A stretch of DNA of 62,842 nt, counting the filler, from Diploschistes diacapsis (Eukaryota), in assembly GCA_023645945.1 (NCBI GenBank). It is 5 parts of 5 records of this genome, joined end to end, with 100 filler letters (N's around TTAATTAATTAA, not from the genome) between each part and the next. Parts side by side here need not be neighbours in the genome. Positions count along the whole stretch, not along the records: positions 50,381 to 62,842 come from JALAIB010000738.1; 4 more parts are not named here. One strand, written 5' to 3'. Position numbers and translations under genes: made by a program. The notes under the pieces are model-generated. The model saw nothing but the letters and a program-made list of their open reading frames with translations, did not search any database and was not told the DNA's origin. Below are positions 62,451-62,842 of the stretch, piece by piece. Positions within the stretch are counted from its first letter, which is position 1. The number at the start of each line of letters is the position of its first letter.

Positions 62451-62579
62451 ACATGGGTTGCTTTAAGCGACCGGCAGTTGGCCACCGCTTTCGGGTACAA
62501 GGTACTGACCGAGTCTGATAGGCTCAACTCGCCAAAGGGGACGCCGTTGCCGCCGAACACGGACGACGAGGCGGAATGA
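58975..62579 (+). CDS. NEW1: eEF3-family ABC ATPase New1/Elf1; exons 58975-59679, 59734-62375, 62522-62579 (start may be the ATG at 59020)
   Basis: HEAT N-terminus, two ABC cassettes (GRNGAGKST, LSGGWKMKL, LLDEPTNHLD; GPNGAGKST, LSGGQKVK, VLDEPTNFLD), chromodomain insert GRQKWKKSFQYEVKW, and New1-type C-terminus RRRLRHIEWLNSPKGTP.P.NTDDE. Confidence 0.9.
62405..62447. repeat. (CT)n microsatellite inside the last NEW1 intron
   Basis: About 21 CT units within intron 62376-62521. Confidence 0.95.
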
Positions 62580-62842
62580 ATGGTTGAAAATTTTTTGGCC
62601 AATGGGGATGGTACGCAAAAAGAGCAGAGGGGACTGCCGCGGCTGCCCGACGACGAGAATGCATCGGAGCACGCTTGGGATGATGGAGCCCGCATCTCAC
62701 CTAGAATTGCATGGCGCAGGGGAGGCATGGATTAGATGGACGGCGGGCATAGACTTTTGGGTTCGGAGGATCAATAGACTTGGTTTGGATTATTATCCCG
62801 TGCATCGTCAGGGGGGGGGCGCAGAGGGGGATGGTCCTGGAG

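Noticed and set aside
1..62842. CRISPR arrays, prokaryotic defence operons, intact transposases, reverse transcriptases or Starship captain genes
   Set aside because: No repeat-spacer arrays or corresponding protein motifs were seen; the sequence is intron-containing fungal DNA.

Overview
Eukaryotic genomic DNA from a filamentous ascomycete (Pezizomycotina-type: short ~45-100 nt GT-AG introns with CTAAC/CTGAC branch points). The window is not one locus. It is five separate contigs (1-12508, 12609-25112, 25213-37714, 37815-50280, 50381-62842; lengths 12508, 12504, 12502, 12466, 12462, i.e. sorted by size) joined by artificial 100-nt N44-TTAATTAATTAA-N44 spacers. Contig 1: a truncated first exon (possibly eIF5A), VPS52, a Cya5-type PPR protein, SRP68, an 88-aa spliced orphan and EPT1/CPT1. 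Contig 2: a tandem GCA-loop double hairpin, an intronless GH28 (Rgx-type), glycogen debranching enzyme, the deneddylase DenA/DEN1 and a small Cys-motif protein. Contig 3: a RIP-like relic, glucose-6-phosphate 1-epimerase, RIF1 and a heavily decayed homoaconitase (LYS4) pseudogene. Contig 4: a decaying accessory locus (P450, MFS and alpha/beta-hydrolase pseudogenes, two Pth11-like rhodopsin-domain genes) and the 5' end of MRT4. Contig 5: C2H2 factor MtfA and the eEF3 paralogue NEW1/Elf1. I found no clearly novel multi-gene system. The best leads are the LYS4 pseudogene, the double hairpin with a compensatory base pair next to the intronless GH28, the pseudogenising cluster and a recurring C-rich to G-rich switch at gene 3' ends. 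All identifications come from motif recognition by eye; no searches were run.
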